From Octopus vulgaris (lineage: Eukaryota), in assembly GCA_951406725.2 (NCBI GenBank), contig OX597819.1, positions 91,698,001 to 91,762,000 on the forward strand: a stretch of 64,000 nt of DNA. The letters are read 5' to 3'. A program made the translations under genes and the position numbers. Shown piece after piece: positions 56,205-64,000 of the stretch (position 1 is the first letter of the stretch; every line of letters begins with the position of its first letter). The notes below the pieces were generated by a model. That model saw nothing but the letters and a program-made list of their open reading frames with translations. It was not told the DNA's origin and did no database searches.

Positions 56205-56270
<66 letters not shown>

Positions 56271-56953
56271 GCTGCAAATTGGAAAATTGGCAGAATCTGC
56301 TTTGGTTAAACACTATTATTGATGATCAAACTCATCTTCCTTGTAGAATCTTAGTTGAATCTCTCGGTCTTAGCTTTTGAAATCATTGGTTTCTTCTTGC
56401 AGTTCTTCATTTATATCGAAGATCTTCTTATACTGTTTTTACGCAATGTACCGACATATCCACACACAATTTTCAACCATCCTAAAACGTGCAAGTTGAT
56501 GTTCAATAATTTCTCGCTTAAATGCTCTCTTTGCTCTTTCAGAAACTTTCTGCAGCCTCTCAGATCTCTTCTTTACTCGGCGATGCCCTTCCTCAATAAG
56601 TTTCTTGATTATATTATTTATTGTCTCGAGATCAATACTGAAACATTGCGTTATTTTTCCTTTGGATTTTGCACAGTGATACCAGCCGACAACTTATACG
56701 CGAGTAAATATATATATATATATATATTTTCGCAATGGTTTTCATTGCTTTTTGTGTTCTTATCAAATTAATGCAACAATAAATTCACAAACACGCTTAC
56801 ATTCATATAGGTACCTGCAAAGTAGGTAAAGCATCTGAGAAAAAAGAAACAAAACAAAAAAACACACTCACACACACAAAAAAAGAAAAACGAAACAAAA
56901 TTTAAAAAAAAAACAACTGGTGTCTAAAAAATTTTCGCACGCCACCGCCACCG
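55460..56953 (-). mobile_element. Decayed Tc1-like transposon split by a Tigger-like MITE
   Basis: TA plus TIR CGGTGGCGGTGGCGTGCGAAAA at 56953. Minus-strand pieces CKKKPMISKAK (RKKPLLS), CLQGTAKHDD (CxxPTVKHGG), ENNLNGPKNCEMLEEVLL. Confidence 0.6.
55680..56207. mobile_element. Tigger/pogo-like MITE
   Basis: TA|CAATAATGCCTCACTTTACGAG ... CTCGTATATCGAGGCATTGCTG|TA. Confidence 0.7.
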
Positions 56954-56962
56954 TATGTATGC

Positions 56963-57958
<996 letters not shown>

Positions 57959-59172
57959 CAGGGTGTTCGGGCTAAATTTAACAGTTTACATAAAAGTAAA
58001 AAACTACACCAAAAATATCAACTAGATTATGACCGGGCGATAACAGTTTGGTTTCATCAGCTTCCACACCAAGGCCTCAAGGCTGCTCCGCAACCTGGAA
58101 CATGCGTTCCTCTCTGTGTTCCTGGGAAGATCTTTGGACACCTCGTTGGTCTTGGCCCCTAGCTAGGACTTGGTGTTGCAGGCGGAACAGATGGTGTCTT
58201 TCTCGTGGGATTTCAACCAGGGGAATAAGGAGGCCCGAAATTGGGGTGGGAGATGTCGCAGAAATTCTGCGACAACCACTTGTGATTCTGTTTGGAAGTA
58301 TGGCGAGGAGCCGAATCATCTGCCACACATAGTCTTCCAGCAGCAACTGTTTCCAGCAGCAACTGTTTCCAGCCAGGGTTTGACCACAGTCTGCAGCTGC
58401 TTCACAGCCGTCTGCATTAAGTTTAAGGTCCAGTTTAAAGATGTGGGGGGGTGACATGAGGTAACCTTCACTGGGGACACACACTGAAAGACCATCAAAG
58501 TTTAGGGGACTTGGTTTTAATGATACGTGTGATATCACATGGATTGTAGGCAAGCCATCTGTTGTTCTGGATATTGTGCAACTGGTTTTGGCAGAAGTTC
58601 TTTTCATCTGAGAAGAACTAAATCATCCCCGGCTCAACAGGATGCCTCATCTTGTTCAGACTCTTCTTTGCCTTCATCAAACGGTTCTCCTTGGACATGT
58701 CTGCTAAAATTTTCCCCTTGCATCTCTTGTACGAGTGGTAGCGGAGGTCCTCATTGAGGGCCAGCTTCATGGTAGCGACTCCAACACTAATCTCGGAACT
58801 TCAGTCACCTTGTCCTGCAGTTGTTGGATGAATTGCAGCGTGCGGACGCAGTCAGAACGCCTGCTGTGTCCCATCCCGCTTCGTAGTCTCCGTTGCAGCT
58901 GTCCATGTCACATCTTACAGCCTTTACAGTGTTTACAGAGCATTGAACAGCAGCCATGACACCAGAACTTTGATAGCCGGAAGGAATCGTCATAATGCCG
59001 GTAACTCTTTTCCAATATTTAGATGACTTCCAGACCCCCATATCGACTATTTTTACTTCAACTACAACTTGAATATTTATGCCCCACCAACGCTGCTTAC
59101 TCTTCACTCATATATCAAGCTTATCCTCAATAAGAAAACATAAAAATCATCAAATTTAGCCCGAATATCCTG
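57959..59172 (-). mobile_element. Near full-length decayed Tc1/mariner element, probably DD37D (maT) family
   Basis: TIRs CAGGGTGTTCGGGCTAAATTT / AAATTTAGCCCGAATATCCTG|TA. Motifs VPSEGYLMSPPHIF and YVWQ.DSAPRHTSK...GPPYSPG*NP have spacing that would place a third acidic residue 37 aa after the second D, but that residue is deleted. Confidence 0.8.
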
Positions 59173-59204
59173 TATATCTCACACACACACATACATACGT
59201 ACAT

Positions 59205-59234
<30 letters not shown>

Positions 59235-59235
<1 letters not shown>

Positions 59236-59382
59236 GTTATGTGGTTTCGGATTTAGTTCCAATGCGTGGTACCTTGGGCAAGAGTCATCTTCTATAGACT
59301 TGTGTCAACTATTGCTTTGTGAGTGAATTTGAAAGACGAAAACAGTGTGAAAGCCCTGTGTGTGTGTGTGTATATGTGCGTG

Positions 59383-59423
<41 letters not shown>

Positions 59424-59620
59424 ACTCCCTTCCCACAGCTTAACAACTGATATTGTTTTACCTGTGTTCCCGTAACTTCTCAGTTTGGCAAAGGGGTCAG
59501 ATAGAATAAGAACCAGACTTTAAAAAATAAGTATTGAGATCGATTTACACGACGAAACCCTTCAAGGCAGATAGTGCTCCAGCTTGGCTGCCGTCCAAGG
59601 ACTGAAACAAGTATAAGAAA
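59235..59620 (+). mobile_element. SINE family A (diverged)
   Basis: GTACCTTGGGCAAG, internal (TG)n, GTGCTCCAGCTTGGCTGC...GACTGAAACAAGTA tail. Confidence 0.75.
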
Positions 59621-59668
59621 ATTAGGAAAAGAAAGGTTACACGCATAAATAAAATATGTATTTATATA

Positions 59669-59881
59669 CAGGGTGGTCCAAAAGTAGGTTTACAGTTATT
59701 CAACTATCTCTTTCTCATTCATATATTAACAGTTTAGATCTTAATTATAAAAAAATATGAAACCATTATTCTATGCCAATTTAATTAATTTTGTAAGATA
59801 GAAATTTAAACGTAATAAAATGTTTAAAAAGAAATTTAAAGTGTTTACGTGGTAACTGTAAACCTACTTTGGGCCACCCTT
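59669..59881. mobile_element. Tc1/mariner-type MITE
   Basis: TA|CAGGGTGGTCCAAAAGTAGGTTTACAGTTA ... TAACTGTAAACCTACTTTGGGCCACCCT, with an AT-rich interior. Confidence 0.8.
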
Positions 59882-60128
59882 CATATATATATATATATAT
59901 ATTACGTTTATGCATATAACTTTTCTTTTTGAAAGTACTAGTTTTATCACGATAGACATATAATAAAATAGTCAAAACTTGTAAATAACATCGGAAACAA
60001 TAGCTACAGCATGAGCATACGCATGCGCATATACATGCAACTAAATCACAATCTCTAAAGATCGTACTTCTTCAAATATCGAAATAGTGAATTCTTTCTC
60101 GCTCTACCAAAATTACATCCAGCTTCGC

Positions 60129-60180
<52 letters not shown>

Positions 60181-60679
60181 CCCCTCTCTCTCTCTCACTG
60201 ACTGTCTGTCATCCTCTTCTCTCACACGCACATATACTTGCCTTCTCGCTCTGCTCCCAAGAAACATTTAGGGGTAGCACTGGTAAGAAATACACGAATA
60301 AATAGCACACATAAGAACTAATAAGTGGCAAGAGAAAAGTACTACTACTACTAATAATGATAATAATAATAATAATAATACCAAAAGGTAAGGAGTGTAA
60401 GTATTAAGTTACCAAGGTTATTCTTAGAAGAAGTACGCCCTTACGTTTATTTATTATTCGGGTTTTCTTCTTCTTTTTGTTACTTGCTTACTATCTTAAA
60501 TCATTCCTCTCTTAGAAGTAGCTTCTGGTGCAACGTAAGGTCTGTTATAGTGGCAGAATCGTCTCAAATACAGGTAGGAGACAAACAACACAAAACAAAA
60601 CACAGAGCTGGCTTTCAATACAGTTACCAGAGAGGACAGAGGTAAAGATTAAGAGGACAATATTTTTCATTTTCGATAT

Positions 60680-62735
<2,056 letters not shown>

Positions 62736-63010
62736 TGTTTTAAGGACCAATTTACGTGTGCGGTGTGGCAATATTACCGGCGAATCGTGTCTGCAAACTA
62801 ATTCGACTACCTCCATGGCTTGTTCGTTTTCTGCTAGAATTGCTCAGGGTGAAATATGCGAACACCAAAATCTCAATAGCCAACCACCTGTCTCTTTTGT
62901 TCCTGTCGCATCAATTCTTCCCCTCCGCCCTCTCTGTTGCTAGCTCTTACGTCTTTCAGTCTCTTTCTTTTCTCTCTCGCTCTCAATCGTTATTTGTTTG
63001 TTTGTTTGTT

Positions 63011-63052
<42 letters not shown>

Positions 63053-63063
63053 TTTCTTCCTTC

Positions 63064-63102
<39 letters not shown>

Positions 63103-63346
63103 TCCTTTCTTTTCCTTTCCTTTCCTCTTACTCTGTGTTTATCTGTTTGTCCGCCCGTCGGCTTGTCTGTCAGTCTGTCCTCTTGTCTGTCAGTCAATTT
63201 GTTTGTCTGTCCGTCTGTCTGTCTCTGTCTCTGTCTCCGTCTCTCTCTCTCTCTCTCTCTCTCATCACATGCAAGCCCACACAACGCAATTCGATTCGTG
63301 CATACATACATACATACATACATACATACATACATACATACATACA

Positions 63347-63380
<34 letters not shown>

Positions 63381-63496
63381 CATACATACTCACACATATA
63401 CATATATACACATATATACACACACAGCGAGGTCACCTCCAAAACTAAGAAGAAACGATAAATTTACTATCAAAATTATTTAATTTCCCTATCACA

Positions 63497-63542
<46 letters not shown>

Positions 63543-63799
63543 GTGTCTAGCGGTGGTCTAACCTTCGGCATGTCCTGTGCATGTGAACATTCTCCAGCAC
63601 TCTCTGTAAACCTGGGAGGGCCCGTATCTTTTTCTGCTGTCGTTAAGTAGGTTACTGGATTGGACTGGACTGGGGAAGATTACCGGAGTGGTTACCTGTT
63701 GTCTTCACCAGGCAGGTGGTATTTGAACTTAGAATGTAGAATGCCAAGAAGGTATTCCGTAAAAGCATTTTTGCCAACGTGCCAACGATTCCGCCACTC

Positions 63800-63925
63800 A
63801 TCTACTCGCACAGGCAGCGTGAAATGGAGTGCTTTGCTTAAGAATGCAACGCGTCATTCGGTCTGAGAATCGAACCCACGATCTGGCGATTCTAATAGTA
63901 GCACCCTAACCATTAGTCACGCTTC
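63800..63925 (-). mobile_element. SINE family C head (diverged)
   Basis: Reverse complement GCGTGACTAATGGTTAGGGTGC...GGGTTCGATTCTC. Confidence 0.6.
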
Positions 63926-64000
63926 TACCCCCGCCATCCACATGTATATCTGACTGTACATACAAGATGTACTATGTAGACAAATATAGTTATGGCAAAT

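Overview
AT-rich, microsatellite-saturated eukaryotic non-coding DNA. The repeat families point to an octopus (coleoid cephalopod) genome; this is inferred from repeat recognition, not from a database search. I could not identify any intact host protein-coding gene, rRNA, true tRNA or CRISPR array. Almost every ORF in the supplied track is a translation of simple repeats or SINEs. The window is a graveyard of mobile elements: four tRNA-derived SINE families (labelled A-D here), two decayed RTE-clade LINEs (one ending in three C2H2 zinc fingers), an R4/Dong-type restriction-like-endonuclease LINE 3' end, Penelope-like GIY-YIG remnants, a non-autonomous Helitron, a Merlin-like MITE, a decayed hAT transposase, and several Tc1/mariner/pogo elements and MITEs. 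The most notable observations are: (1) a type I hammerhead ribozyme with an intact core on the minus strand at 18689-18776, plus a U3:A8 core variant at 1947-1988, both in short elements attached to (TA)n tracts; (2) two neighbouring TIR transposons that each contain an inverted copy of a nearby LINE fragment (49721-49811 vs 50668-50758; 53056-53463 vs 57059-57429); (3) a 33-bp minisatellite apparently derived from a dispersed repeat. Boundaries of decayed elements are approximate.
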